Positions 1 to 14,712 are shown, counted from the first letter of the stretch. The stretch is DNA of 64,000 nucleotides from Camelus dromedarius (GCF_036321535.1 NC_087436.1:26352001-26416000), one strand, 5' to 3'. Notes: generated by a model from the letters alone, not told the origin. Numbers and translations: made by a program.

Positions 1-441
1 TTATTTTCCTAAATATACAATTTTGCTACTTAATAAGAGTTAAAATAGGCCTTTTTCTGCTTCTATGTTTACTGCAATATATATTAAAGTAAGTGAAAAT
101 AAGGTAGCAACTTAATAAATGCTTCTTCTCCAAAATTCAAGTAACCTCTGCAATTTATGCAAGAGATCTAAATTTATTGCTTGACTCTCTTAAGATTCTG
201 ACTTTTTTATTTTTGGCTATCATTATAGAACCAATTAATTTTTTAAAATCACTTTATTAAAAATGATATCTTAAGAAATACAACAGTTGTTTCTTTCCTT
301 TCCTTTCCTTTTGTTAAGAAGTCCCCATTTAACCTGAAAAGAGCTAGTAGTGACCGCAGTTACTAAGAATTCCAAGCAATAATTGCATGAGTTCGGTAGT
401 TATTGGCATGAACAGCTTATCGTACTCACATTCACTGGGCA

Positions 442-442
<1 letters not shown>

Positions 443-472
<30 letters not shown>
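443..472 (+). repeat. Compound microsatellite (GTT)n(GGT)n
   Basis: Read directly: gttgttgttgttgttggtggtggtggtggt. Confidence 0.95.
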
Positions 473-704
473 CTTTGTTTTAGTACTGCCAGGATGATTA
501 CATGTACTAGTAGAATTCTAATATAGTTTTTTTAATTAAAAAAAATAGTTTTGCCAGATGATAGCAGCAAACAGAACTCTATCTGCCAGAGGAAAAAAAA
601 TTACAGAATCTAAAATAACCACCTCATTTCTGGCAAAGAATAGTTATATCAAGAATCAGGTGTGACAGAGTAAAACTGCAAAAGGACAGTGTCATCCTCA
701 CTTG

Positions 705-880
705 CCAGGTTTGGAGTCCCTGATAAGCCAAACCTGCTGTGTGATGTTGGCAAAGCACTTTTCAATATAGTGACCGTCTGATTATCTATCTTCTAAAATG
801 CAAACAACAGTTCATGCCTTGTTAGATTGCTGATAGGGTTACATAAAGTAGTGTATGTGAAAACCCATAGGACAATGCTA
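705..880 (+). mobile_element. MIR SINE, highly diverged
   Basis: MIR core-like motifs 'gctgtgtgatgttggcaaagcactt', 'atcttctaaaatg', 'gtatgtgaaaaccc'. Confidence 0.6.
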
Positions 881-1254
881 GCATTTTACAACAATAACTA
901 CAGTGTAATGAGTGCTTTCTATATACCATTTGCTCTTCTGAGAATTTGGTATGAATTTTCACAGTGATTTGCAAACTTCATTTTCATTATTTTGCTACAT
1001 TAAGGATGCACCTGTTTTTTGCTCATTCTCTTTATAATGAACTCATTTTTAATTCTTTCTTGTTCTCTAGAATTATGGGTCGACTAATAATACATTTTTT
1101 CCTGTCACACACACTCACATACACACGTTTATATTCAGATATGCCTCTATTATAATATATTAACAATACTTTTCCAATACCAGCTTAATACACTTCATTA
1201 CTTCTGATGTTACACATTTCTGCTTTGAGAAATGCTGCCCTGCCTTATATATTA

Positions 1255-1450
1255 TAATTCTTATCACAACCCACAACCTCAGAGGGGAAATCACAGATAT
1301 TATTAATTTTTAAAAATTTTTTGCAAATAAGAAAACCAAAGCAAAGAAAATGTAAGTTGTTTTTTCAAAGTAACACTGAAATTTAATGTGACAGAGCCAG
1401 GTTTCAACCCCAGGACCCCCTATATTCAAATTCTGTTCTCCTAACAACTC
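1255..1450 (-). mobile_element. MIR SINE, diverged
   Basis: Reverse MIR motifs 'ttttgcaaataagaaaaccaaagc', 'gtgacagagccaggtttcaaccccagg'. Confidence 0.7.
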
Positions 1451-4400
1451 TATTATGGCATATTTCTCATGAGTAAATCAATGGATGTTTCTACAGCAAT
1501 TATGCTTCATTTTTTCTTTTGATCTTAAGCTCACACAGTTCAGATATATGTTTAATTCATATTATTATATGCCTCAAGAATAGAAAGTGTTGTCCTATCT
1601 AACTTGTAATTAATAGAGATATGCAAGAAGTAGTGATTTAACATCTTTGCATTGTCAATCAAGACACTTTCCTCCTGGCAAGAGCCTTAATATCAATAAA
1701 GGGCAAACCCAAATTCAATTATTTTCTTTAACTGCCTCAAGATCTTTTCTCTAATATTCTGTCACCACTAAATTATCCTAAATAGAATTTGGTTAATTTC
1801 CAAGTAAGAAAACTAGCCTGGGATACCTCAGAAGGAGATTTTCAGGTATAGCTTTATCTGCCAGGTTCTTTCTGATGTTTTAACCTTGGCGTATGAACAG
1901 AAGCTCTGACCTCATCTAGAACATGTTACTATCTCTCTTCTTCTCCACTTCCTGATATCTACAGCCCCTCAGGAGCAGCAAAGGAAAAACTCACAAACAG
2001 GTTCCTTTTTTTAATCTAAAAATTTTACTTTAAAAAAGCCCAATAATGAGTTTTCCTAACCAAAACTTTATCTTTACCTGACATAAATCCCCCTTCCCTA
2101 AATTTTGGAAATTCTGTGACCACTTACTTTTCTTAATTTCTCTTCCTGTTACATTGATATATTATTACCTCACAGAATTCTTAACTCAGCACATTGTGAA
2201 AACAGTAAGAAAATGGGTGGTAAGAATTATAATTTTCAAATGCACTTTGAAATGATAACTATGTATCTCTATATATTATATAGATATGTATATACATAGA
2301 GAGGTTAAGCAAACAGCAACGAAGGTTGATTCTAAAATCAACCTTTATTGCTCATCACTGAAGAATTGGTGATAAGATAATTGATTTGGCTAAGAAAATG
2401 GTGACAGTCTAGTCTAGATTCTTCTTTGTTTTGTCTGATTTTCCTCCTGTCTCATGTCATTTTTCTCACTTCTGAGATTTATGCTTCTTGCTTCAGGACC
2501 CTTATTACTAATTGTTTGACAGAGAGGCCTCATCATCAAAGTACTAAATTTTTGAATCCTTGCAGTTGCAAAGTTGAAAAGGAATAAAATATTTTTATAA
2601 TGGGAAATTATTTAGTACTAAAATATCAACTCCTAACACTAGTTCCTATTCAAAACCTACCCCCCACAACATACACATGCACACTAAATATAAGGATTAA
2701 TCCCTGAAAATATCTTGCCAATTTTTGGATGCTATAAACATCTCATGGAAGAAAGAAAATAAAAAAGGAGACTGATTACAATGTGAATTTGCACATATCT
2801 GGGCAAAGATACAGAATTTCATGATTCAACAAAGTGAGATAGAGCAAAATTATTTACTACTTAAAACCATCGAAAATTGTGTATATGGCAGAGTTCACAG
2901 GTTTACAATTGAAAGGACTATTGACAAAGATGATGATAAAGAGCCTGTGAAAGAGATGATTTAAATATCAAGTGAAGATGAGAAATCTGTGAAAAACAGA
3001 TAGTCCTCAATTATTTTTACTGATAATCATTTTGGGTATCTTTTTTTTAGAAGTCAAATGTGAAGTGAAGAGTGTTATGTGGTGCCATCCTACGGCAATA
3101 AAATGATAATAACATAAATAAAATATTAACACTTGAGTCATTTTTGTTTAACTTGACATTCAGAATCCTGCTGTGGACCAGTTCCCAGCTAGTGAGCCAA
3201 TTCTTAATACAATAATGTAGAGAGGTAATGGCAAAATAGAGAAACAAAGGAAAAGGAAGGAAGGAAAGTAGGAAGCCAAGAAGGCACAGGACTTAGAGTG
3301 ACTTACAATTAACTATTTAGATTACAGCTTTCCAAATATAGTTTCAGAATTCACTGCCTGTAGAAGTAAGTTCTATCTTTAGGCAAACATTAAATTTGGC
3401 AAGTATTAAATTTGCAGGTAGAATCAAAGTACCACGACCCCTATATATTGCTTCCACCTTGCAGAGAACAATATATTATTACTAAGACTGTTATCATTGT
3501 AAGTCGTAAAGGATTGTTACAACACTATTAAATTTATTAAAGGAGATATTATACAGAAATTTCTGGGTGAACTGCCTGACTCATAGTAGGGATTGAAAAT
3601 TCTTAGTTCATTCTTTTTTGAAGATAGCAGGAGACTTAAGATAACAGTGTATTTGTTCCCACTAATAAATAGATTGAGTATATGGGTCAAATTTAGGCCC
3701 TTGATTATTCATGGGGGAGAAGATCAATTGTTACTGCATTTCTTCCCACTTCTTCATCCCTCTTCTTTCAATTTTCAGAGAAGGAAAACTTATATTTGCA
3801 GAGTTATATCTTCATGATTTCTCATCATTACTTTTCAACTTTGACCTTTAATTTCACTTGTACATACTTCTACTTCAATTTCATTTTAGTATATAACTAT
3901 TTTTAAATATTATGTATATTCTTTTGTACTCGATTCATTTTATATGACATAATTTTATTTAAACAGAAATAAAATAATTGATTTCTTAATTTATTTAAAC
4001 AATCAATTGACATAGATATCAGATGGAAACTAAGGCATTTACTCAAAAGAAATGTTAATGATGTTTCTTGAAATGTATATTCATACTCCAAAGAACAGAA
4101 TTTTAAGAGGAGAATTGAGGAACATTAAAAATTATAGTGTCAGCATTCATGTAATGTTGCTTTTATATCACTTATTTTGCAAAAATAAAGAAAAAAATCT
4201 TCATTTCTCCTCACAGAGTTATTTTTAACCAGGTGTCAGAACTAAGCATTGCTATCAGAGTGCTGAGTTTGTTGGAAACAGAAAATGCTTCTTTAAGGTA
4301 CAAGTAATATACAGTGAATCTGCTTGATAAACATGATTGCCTAGTCAAAAATTGCATTCTGCCAGAAAGTAACTGTATTTAATATGGCTACACAAATGTA

Positions 4401-7334
4401 AACATTTACAGACTGCATCAAGGAAAATTATAAATATCTGACATCACTTGGGATGCAGTTGATTATGTTTTTGGGCAGCATTTTTATGGAATTTATATTG
4501 CATCAAAAATGCTGACAAAATCAACATTTTATATTATTTAAAAAATTATAAGGCTGTTCTGTGACAAATTATGATTGATGAGCACATTTATTTAATATAT
4601 GCTTTTTAGTCAAAGAGTTTCCTTTGAAATTACATAGCTATATCTTGTTTTCAGTTATTTTTAATAATGTTAAGTCAAAGTCATTTTTTACTTTGATGGA
4701 GGAAAAAGTGATTTTAAGAACTATTTTCAGTGAAATTATTTTAGCGAGATATATAAAACTCTATCTCTATAGGTCTCAGATGATCAAACTCCTTTTTCCT
4801 CCTGTGTAGTCTGAAGAAACTAAAAAGAGTGCTGATATTTTCATCTGACTGTCCAGCTTATAAGCTTAGGTGAAAAGTTCTTCTGTTTTCCCTTGATATC
4901 TATTTATCTTGAATTTTGTAATGATAAATTCTAAGACAATGAATAACCTTCTTCAATAGTGGTCTCTTGATAGATGTTGAGAACTTTATTCTTGGCTCTG
5001 GTGTTCCAGAATGGCTCCTGTTATGTCTGAGTGCTCATCATCCCCACCCCTGTGGGCCACTTTGCACACACTCAATACTGGCCTGAGGCAGAAGCATTTC
5101 TACTAGAGTGACTCAATAAACTCACAAAGCACTCTATCCATTTTCCTTCTCTTTCCTGTCCTATAGCCTGAAAATCAAAGGACTTTTACACTGCTTCACA
5201 ATTGTTTGAGTTTCATGAATTCTCAACCAGTGGAAGTTAATTGGGCTAAGCGCTTGGAAATGCTTGGATCATAATGGTTGTTTATCAGGAGAAAAATGTT
5301 AAGAACGAGGTCGGATCCTACTAGAAGGTTTTGGGATAGTCAGAGATCCCATTGCAAAGACCTGTTACCTGGATTATTGGGGTAATTTATAATTGATCTA
5401 TGCTTCTTGATATCAGAGAGGATAAATAGTTTTAGCTCAGACAATTTCACTCTTATTTCATATAGGGGCAGAAAATACTTTCAGCTAACTGATTCATAAA
5501 TTCTATGTTGTTTAAAAGGTCTTTTTTTCTTCCTATTTTCTTCAAAATTCCTCCTTCCCAAACTCACCATTTTTACACAATTCTTACACAAATCCCCTGT
5601 ACTTCTATATCTTTTTCTAAAAGAGGATCCTTGAATGTCATCTTAAAATAGGTACATTCCAAATGATTAATATAGAAGCATTGACAAATGCTTTATTTTT
5701 ACTGCTCATTATACTTTTATCGATACGAAGTATTTTTGACTGAAACTAATAAAGATTCTCTGGTGATGTGAAATATCTCGATCACATGTAACAAGTATAA
5801 TTAAATGACAAAATATTTTAAAATCGATGTTTTAATGTCAATGGGTCTGTCTAAAAGTAGGCAAAAATAGAGGAAACTAGATGCTTGAAAGAATGGAAAT
5901 GAACTGGCTCCAACTGCTTGTAACTTACTTGGCTAAGGGTATTCCTTAAGCTCCTAGGCACAGCAAAGTAAGCAGTGTCAACTACTTGAGGTGTCAGAAT
6001 ACACAACTCAAGGATAACAGACCATAAAAACAAAAATAAAAACTGAAGCAGAAGTCCAGACAAAAGGGAGACATTAAAGGGGTTGCACTCTAAAATTTCT
6101 TTGTAAATTTTGCCCAAGTCATTGCCCAATCACTGAATTATACCATGGCAAAGAGACTGCAGTGTTCCTGTAAACCCGGCAACTGTAACCTGACAGAACT
6201 GACTGAAGACTTCTGCTGTATTCCACTCCAGAGAAAACAGTTTGGAGTCTGTTATAGAAATAAGTTCATAGCCTCCTAGAACAAAAATCAACCATCTTCA
6301 AGGCAATGTAACTAAACTTGGGGTGGCTACAATATACTATTCAAAATGCCTATTAAAAGGCAAAAAGTTATCAGACATAACAAGGAATAGAAAACCATAA
6401 CTTATACTGATGAAAACAATCAAGAGTTGTTCAACAGAAACAGAGCCTCAGGTGACCCAGATGTTGGAAGAAGCAGAAAAGAGCTTTAAAGGAGCTATTT
6501 TAAATATATTCAGGAATTTGAAGGAAAATATAGTCATAATGAAATGAAATATATTGTCTCTCTGCAGAGAATTGACAAATATAAAACTAAAAAACATGGA
6601 AATTCCAGAATAATCAGTTTAATCAGTGAAAGGAATAATTCACTGAATGGGCTTGACAGTAGTGTTTAGATTGTAGAAGAACAAGTCAGTGAACTTTAAG
6701 AGATATCAATAGAATTGATCAAATTTCAACAACAGAGACTCAGTAATCAATGGAACAAATTTAAGGGGTCTAATGTTTATGTAATTTGGCAGCCCAGAAG
6801 ATGAAGAGAGAGAGTAAAACAAAAAGGTATCTGAAAAAAAACAGTAGAAAATTTCCAAATTTTGTGTATGTTTCTATCTACAGTTTGAAGGAACAAACTG
6901 AATGCCAAACAAGATAAATACAAAGAAAACCAAATTTAAACATTTCATAGCACAACTGATAAAACGCAAAGATAAGGAAAGGAGCCAAAGAAAACTGAAA
7001 TAGTACATGCAGGGAAATAATAAGAATGAGACTGATCTTGTATAAGAAAAAAAATGAGAGGACAGAAAAAAAATGGAGCAAAATCTTTAAGGTACTGAAA
7101 GGAAACAAAAATATCAATAGAACACTCTATATTTAGCAACTCTAGTCTTTAAATTGAAGTTGAAATAAAGACATTTTCAGATAAAAGAAAACTGAGAAAA
7201 CTATTTTCCAGGAGACTTGCACTACAAAAATGCTAAAAGATGTTCTTTGAATTAAAGTGAGGTAACATTAGACAGAAACTTAGATCTACATTTAGAAATA
7301 AAGAGCACAAGAAGTAATAAATATGTGGGAGATA

Positions 7335-7677
7335 ATATGTGGAATCTAAAAAACAAAAACAAAAACAAACAAACAAACAAAAACAAAGCGTAAATAAAGG
7401 ACAGAAATAGACTCACAGACAGAGAATACAGACTTGTGGTTACCAGGGGGGTGGAGGGTGGGAAGGGATAGACTGGGATTTCAAAATTGTAGAATAGACT
7501 ACACTGTATAGCACAGGGAAATATACACAAAATGTTATGATAACTCACAGAGAAAAAAATGTGACAATGAGTGTGTATATGTCCATGAATAACTGAAAAA
7601 TGGTGCTGAACACTGGAATTTGACACAACATTGTAAAATGATTATAAATCAATAAAAAATGTTAAAAAAAGAAAAAA
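7335..7677 (+). mobile_element. Young 5'-truncated L1 3' end (camelid-type) nested in the old L1
   Basis: L1 3'UTR with AATAAA and an A-tail, flanked by a perfect 16-bp TSD aaatatgtgggagata (7319-7334 and 7678-7693). Confidence 0.92.
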
Positions 7678-8387
7678 AAATATGTGGGAGATATAGTTCT
7701 AATTTTGTAAAAAGATATATGACTGTTGAAAATTAAAATTATTACACCAAATGTAGTTTATAAAACAGCACAAAGAATGAGGAGTTAATTGAAATGATAC
7801 TGTTACAAGGTTTATATATTCTGCCCAAAGTACTACAATATTAACTCTGAGTAGATCATGATGAGTTAGAGTTGTATATTGAAATCCCATGATTCAATCA
7901 CTAAAAGCTATTTAATTAACCTAATAAAATACAGGAGTATAGAATGGAGGGGAAAAAACTCATAGGACAAAGAAAAACAAATAGTAAATGGGAACCTCAG
8001 TTCAACCATATCAGTAATTCTATTGACTAGACCAAGCATTACAATTAAACAGTAGATTTGCCAGTGTGGATTAAAAAAAAAAAAAAGCCCAACCATATGT
8101 TGTCTATCAGATATACACTTTAGATACAAAGACATAGAAATATTCCAGGTAAAATGAAGGAAAATAAGTTTGGGTGACTATATTCTACCAGACTGTGCAG
8201 ACTTCAATACAAAGATTGTTACCAGAAATAAAGAAGGAAATATCCAATGTTAATAAGATTGACTAATCAGTAAGATTAAACAGTTATGTGTGTATGGACC
8301 TAATAGATTTTCAAAATACATGAAGCAAAAAACTGACAAAACTGAAGGATCAACAGACTGGTAACAATCATAGTTGGGGATTTTAAC

Positions 8388-8433
8388 ACAGCTCTCTCAG
8401 CAATTAATACAGCTCTCTCAGCAATTAATACAG
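8388..8433 (+). repeat. 21-bp tandem duplication inside old L1 ORF2
   Basis: acagctctctcagcaattaat x2, followed by acag. Confidence 0.95.
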
Positions 8434-9941
8434 GATTCAGAAGATTTGAACAGAACAATCAACTATCACAACATAAGTGAAATTTACACAATATTATGCC
8501 CAGCAGTCACAAGATACATATTTTATCAAATGCACATAAAATATTCACAAAGATAAACTATATACTGGACCATAAAAAGGTCACAATACATTTCAAAAGA
8601 ATAAAATGTTAGAGAATGTATTTTCTGATCACACTGGAATTAAATTAGAATCAATAATATTTTATCTAGAAAATCACCGAATAGTTAGAAATTAAACAGT
8701 ACAGATAAACCAATGCTCATAGGGAAAATTTTAACATCAAATGCTGACATCCAAAACCAAAGTTTTACAACATTGATCTAAAACTTCTTTCTTAGAAAGC
8801 TAGAAAAAAAGAGTAAACATAAAGGAAGTTAATGGAGATTAATAATAAAGAAAAGAGAAGAAATCAATCTTATCAGAAGAATAATGCACAAAATTAACAA
8901 AACCAAAAGTTGGTGCTTTAAAAATATTAAATTCAAAAAACATGTAACAAAATGGATCAAGAAAAGAAAAAGAATAAATTACTGATATCAGAAATGGAAG
9001 AAGTTATGACACTTAGAACCTAGAGATATCAGAGTAATAATAAGAAATTACAATAACTTTATACTAATAAACTCCATATTTTAGGTGACCTGAAAAAATT
9101 TTTAAAAAACAGTTATCAAAATTGATACAAAAATTCATTTTGTTTTTAACTATTTGCAACAAAGAAACTTCCAGTTTTTTTTAAATATAAATATTACATA
9201 TAATGTTTAAGAAGAAATAATGTCAAACTTACACATAATCTTTCAGGAAAATAGAGAGAAGAAAATATTCCCCAAATGATTTTCCTAAGTAACATGGTTT
9301 CTCATTCTAAAACTTGTTAGAAATGCCATAAGAAAAGAATATTACTGATCAAAAGCCTAGATACAAAAATACTTAAGAAAATATTAGAAAATTGAACCTA
9401 CCACTACATAAAACAGGAAGAATATTTTATGAATAAAAATATATATTAAGGAAAGCTGGTGTTTTAAGATGATTTTATCTAAGCAAAACTGGCTACATTT
9501 TAAAGAGGCAGAAAGAATTTCAAAGCAAAGTGAGAATTTAATATTAACATCTGCAACACATTGACTATTAATGATTATGGTTAGTGGGATTGGTTTCCTT
9601 GTGCAATTAACATTCAGGATTACTTAAAACAGTGTTACTTTCTCATAAAACCAAACTGAAATTTTTCGGATATCTGGAAGATGCTTTGAAAAGTGCAAAG
9701 GAAATGAATGCTAACAAGAAGTAGACTGGAGTTGAACATAAATTGATAAGTCTATGAAAATGGTGCTTGAGTGTCAAGTATCCATTCATTGAAGATCTCC
9801 CTCTAAGTCAATGATGTTATTAGTAAAGTCCCCAGACTCCTGAATACTAAGAATAAAATACATGACCTGCGCTAAGGCATGAAATCTTTGATATAGTAAA
9901 AGTAAAAGCCAAAGTCTCAATTATAAATTAGCTTCAAGAGG

Positions 9942-10048
9942 GTGCTTTTATAAAGAAAACTTTATAAAGAAGTTTTTTTAAAGAAAAACTTTTTCTTTAA
10001 AGTTTTTATAAAGAAAAACATAGTGCTTTTATAAAGAAAAACATAGTG
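9942..10048. repeat. Complex micro-duplication/inversion cluster
   Basis: gtgcttttataaagaaaa at 9942-9959 and 10023-10040; repeated tttataaagaa snippets; inverted repeat at 9977-10001. Confidence 0.9.
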
Positions 10049-12234
10049 AAAGGACAATGAAACAAGAAGAGGAAGCTAAATACTTCCACAAGTTTTTTGA
10101 CGACTTTAATGAACCCTAAACTGAGTTGTTTCAAATTCATTTCAATTTACTCTTTTTAAGTCATTGAAAGCTAACACAGTTTGTACTGAGATGTGAGTAT
10201 TTATAAACTCAGGAGCTTAGGCATAGTCAGACAGTAGTTTGTTTCAATACTCCAGTTCCTCTTGGATGCCGTCCCACACATATTCAATAGATATTACTAA
10301 TGGCTCCCCATATTTCCTTTTAGGAACAGAGAACTGGTCAGAAACACTCAGTGGATTGCCTGATCTTAACATAAAGTTCACAATTCTTTATATGGCATTC
10401 ATAAACCTATGTAACCAAATTTACCTTTTTTTATTTACTTCCTGCCAATTTTTAGTCTTTAAATTAATGCCACTGTTCTCAGTCTAAGTTTAGAACTAAA
10501 GAACCAATAGACATTGGAGTTATTAAAATATATATCAAAGTGCCAGCATTACTACTAACCAAAATCTATGTCTTTAGGTCTGTTGGTCAAGTAGGCCCAA
10601 TCATAGAATAAAAACATGTAATCGCCCAGACACTGGTATCATAATATTCCTCTCATTGTCTAGTTAATAATACTGAAAACTTTCCTTAGTTTTTCAAGGA
10701 TGGTTCCTCATTAACATCGTTTTTTTATAAAGCAACAATAAATATTTATCATGATATTAATTATCAATATTTAAATATTTCATTCTGTTGGAGCACAGTG
10801 TTAAGTTTAAAAACAAGTGAAAGTGAAATAATTCAATTTCAGAATATATCCAGTGTTTCATCCTTCTGTTTCCGTGTGAGTCATCCTTTCAATACTTCTA
10901 TGACAGTGGACATTAGATTTCTGTTTCAAGTCTTCCACTATATCTTTTTTAGCTATGAAGAGGAGTTGGAGGAAGGCTTTGTTAGAATGAGGTAAAAAGA
11001 GTCTGGAAAAACATTATCTGTTATAACTATGTATATATTGTATATTGTATAAGTTATCAATTGAATTGTTATAAGCCAGACACTCTACTAAAAAACACAA
11101 CTGTAAACAAGGCAGACATAGTATGTCTTAACAGAAATTAAAGACCAATGTGAAACAGACATGTAAACAGGTATCAATGGTATTATGAAGTTAAGTGATA
11201 AATTAGGTATGCAATAGGCTAGAATGTCAATACATACAAAGAGGTTACTTAATCAGTCCTTAGGGGGATTTTTTTTCTTCCTTGTGTAAGTAAGATGAAT
11301 TATCATTCATCTACTGACATCACTTGGAATCAGAGAAATTAAAGAATAGACAATTTCCTGAATTAAGTTCACTTAATTTTCTTTGTGCATGCTCTTCCAA
11401 CTACTGGAATGTTCTTTTCATGGAACACCACCTTAGTTCTTAGTTAGACTTCAAAGATTCATTTTAAGCCCTATCTAGCAAACATGCAATGAACCACTCT
11501 GCCACTAACCTCATACAAAACAGACTCAGTGCCAAATTGGTTGCTGCTCCTTTGGGACACCACTTGTCTTGTACATCTGTCTGTTTTTTAATCTATTGTA
11601 CTCTATGTTAAAGGCTGTGTAGCTTAATGATTAAAAATATGGACTTAACCTTACTGCTTTTAATGACTGAGAGAGTACTTGGGTTTAAATCCCAACACTG
11701 CCATCAGGCAAGTTTTATTTTGAAAAGCTTGCCGAGGACTCATTAGCTTGGGATTACAATAAAAGGGCGTGTTTCCACGAAATACTAGGTTCTTATTGAT
11801 TTTAAGCCCTCGGGGATCTTGGATTCCCAAACTTTTAAGTTAATATAGGTTTCTTCATATACATTCTGCCTCCTACTTATTACTGCCACCAGAGTTAAGC
11901 TTGCCTGAACAAAATACTGTGGTGCTTCAAAGAAGAAAATCCAGTCTATCAAAATGGAGAGACAATTGCTTTGTGTTAAACTCAGTACAAGGGAAAAGAA
12001 TGAGTGAATGGACTACCCAATGAAATTCCTTGATCCCTTAATGTCACCTGATGCTGTTCCTCTTGCCATTGGGGTTTGCCAGACTAAAAGCCATGGCATT
12101 CCCAGGAAGATGAACCCTAACCCAGCTACACAATCATGGGGATCCCAGGGCTACAGCTGCTGACCCTGTCAGCAAAGTCAGAATTTGTGGATCAGTACCT
12201 CAAGTCCTCATGGATATGGTTCTCACTAAGGTAC

Positions 12235-12625
12235 CTGATAAATTAAGCTGTTTTGGGCTGCAAATACTAGAAATCTAAACTCAAATGACATAAACATTAA
12301 GATAATTTATTACAAAGTGTAGAGATAAAATCATTTCGACTTTGGTGAATTTAGTATCTTTATCAGGAGTGCAAGTTCTTTCCATTTTTTCCTGTTCATT
12401 TATCCTCAGTATATTGACTCTCTTCTTTTCAGCTGAAAAATGGTTTCAGAAATTCCAGACATCACATTCTTACACATCAATGTCTGGAGACAAGAAGGAT
12501 CATCTTTTCCTTAAGTCCTCATTATGACCTACTTACTCTTTCCATTACCAGAAGGCTTCTAACTTCTCACTGGCTGGAATTGGGGCACAAGGACCCACCT
12601 AAGGCAATCACTGCAAAAGGAAAAT
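12235..12625 (-). mobile_element. MLT1 (J/K-like) MaLR LTR, diverged
   Basis: 'ttttgggctgcaaatactagaaatctaaactcaaatgacataaac' and 'tctcactggctggaattggggcacaaggacccacctaaggcaatcactg' resemble reverse old MLT1. Confidence 0.65.
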
Positions 12626-14712
12626 AATTACATATTTTATAATTAGAGAAATACCAAACTGAAAACGTTAAACATTTACATGGCCATCAGTATTTTATGG
12701 CTGAGACAAAATTTATTACTAAAAATAGTGATTTCTTTTTATTTGAATGAAATTTTCAAGAACAATTTGTAATCTACCAAGAAATTGCCTGCTTCATCAT
12801 TCACAGGTTCTAAGATGTTTATTATTACTATTTGCAATGTATTCCTTTGGAAATTTAATTTTTTTCATAATTGCTACAGGCATTTATTAATTTCTTAGGC
12901 ATTTAATTTCTCCATATGTAGAAATTACATTACATTCTGGAAATGTAAAGTTCCAGAAACTGCACCAACTTTACAGACAACTGAGGCCAAAGGAAAGGAA
13001 AAATAAAAGGAAACCCCCCCCAAGACCTCTCACTGACCATATGGCTAATTGGTTATTTATCAAGTTTAAAGCAAAGCATGGTAGTTGGACAGAGGGTCAT
13101 ACCATAGTGATATGGTTTCACGTTGATTGAATCAATTAAAATTAATTATATTGCTGTACTGTGGTCACTCAGAGAGGACAGACTGGTTGAGTAAGTTATG
13201 TGTAATAAGTTCTGTTGGACAGTGGAAGGACATGACAGTTTAAAAGAGCAATGAGGTTACATATACTAGGTCTTGTTTTAGTTAACATGGAGGAGGAAGA
13301 CTTTCATTATTCACATTTGTATACTAACTGGAGGAACTTCTTACTGATAGAAAATTTGTTATGCTTTAGAATGCTTCATGTCTACAGCCAGCCTTGAAGT
13401 AAAAGCCCTTGAATTTGGCTGTTAATCTTAGAGAAAATAGTTGATATATTTTTAGAGAAGCTCATGAACTTCAGCCACAAATCCATGCCTTCATTATTGA
13501 TGAATAAAGCTTTACAGTAGGTTAGTAGAGGAGCTTTATGTATCATTATTTTAATAGCATCACTTTCCTAAAGAAGGTACATTTAGCAGTGTGAAATGTT
13601 AGCAATCATGGGTCTCCTCTTTACTGAGGATGGAAAAGTTATCTTCTTTCATCCGAGACACCGAAAGCACTTAAAGGACATTATCTCATTATCTCTATAA
13701 CATCCTCTGACAGAATTCGCTTGTAGTATAATTCCCATTTTATTGGTGGATAAAGTCATGCACATTATGGTTTTATAATTTAGCTAGGCAGCTGGCCTGC
13801 CCTGGCAAAAGAGCTTTCAGCTTTACTTCATCTTAGAAATTTGTCTCATTTATGTCTTCACATTTCTAGTGCAGACATGACCTTAATGTTCCCAGAAACC
13901 AAGTATTTAAGTGGTCATTTGTCCAATGACTTTTTTCCTGAAGAAATGTTTCTGAATTATATTTTATTTCATTTTGACATGAAAGAGAAATGAACAATAT
14001 TTTGGATAACTGATAGAAAGTGATTTGGATCATTTTCTAGATTCAAATGAATAGTAGAGCTCTTCAGCAGTATTTTTTTGTTACTATTAAATGGCTTTAG
14101 TTACTCTTAACAGTTACTTTAAATATTTAAATTTGTAGCTTTTAAAAATCAGTCTCACTCAACTCTATCAGACATGTGCAAATTAAATCCATGACACTTG
14201 TATATGGTTCCCTTAGGAGTTAAAGAAAAACATGTTAAATGTCGTCTGAGATAAACAGACTAAAACCATGATGACATAAGAGCTTTTATTAGCACAAATG
14301 TGCCAACTTAATGAAAACCATTTAATTTATTTAAGACAGAGGATTGTATTACCCTTTATCAAGTTTTACAATTAGTTTGTTTTTTTGAACTAAAAGTAAA
14401 AGGTAGACAAATACAAAGAATATTTTTGCAGTGGTTATATAGGTTTACAAAATAATATGAAGGCACTCATGGAAATCTGAATCATGTTTTGTCCAGGAAG
14501 GACTGAAAAGACTATAATTCATAACAGATGACATTATTAATCAGTATAGAGTATATAGTACAGAGAGTAAGAGGGTGAGTGCAGACAGAAAAAGGGAATA
14601 TGGAGCTGTAATAATTATTCTGTGCCTCTTCCTTGTCTCAATTTTCCAAGGAAAATTTTATTAAATACCTCTTCTATGAGGTATACTTCAGAAACCCGAT
14701 ATGTAGGTACAA

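Larger units (their letters stand above)
5950..9430 (+). mobile_element. Ancient LINE-1 (L1M-type) remnant: 5' region, ORF1, inter-ORF and ORF2 endonuclease region, non-coding
   Basis: A-rich strand bias and L1 motifs 'gaaataaagacattttcagataaa', 'cccaaccatatgttgtctatcaga', 'ttttctgatcacactggaattaaattagaatcaataa', 'aaccaaaagttggtgcttt'; many stops and frameshifts. The 5' boundary is approximate. Confidence 0.85.

Noticed and set aside
2322..2345. 10-bp inverted repeat aaggttgatt/aatcaacctt
   Set aside because: It is short, AT-rich and isolated; plausible by chance, with no supporting context.
9942..10048. CRISPR-like or regular tandem array
   Set aside because: There are no unique spacers and no constant period, and the DNA is eukaryotic.
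11709..11830. CpG-containing segment following a MIR fragment
   Set aside because: I could not assign it to any RNA, NUMT or repeat, and saw no TSD or ORF.
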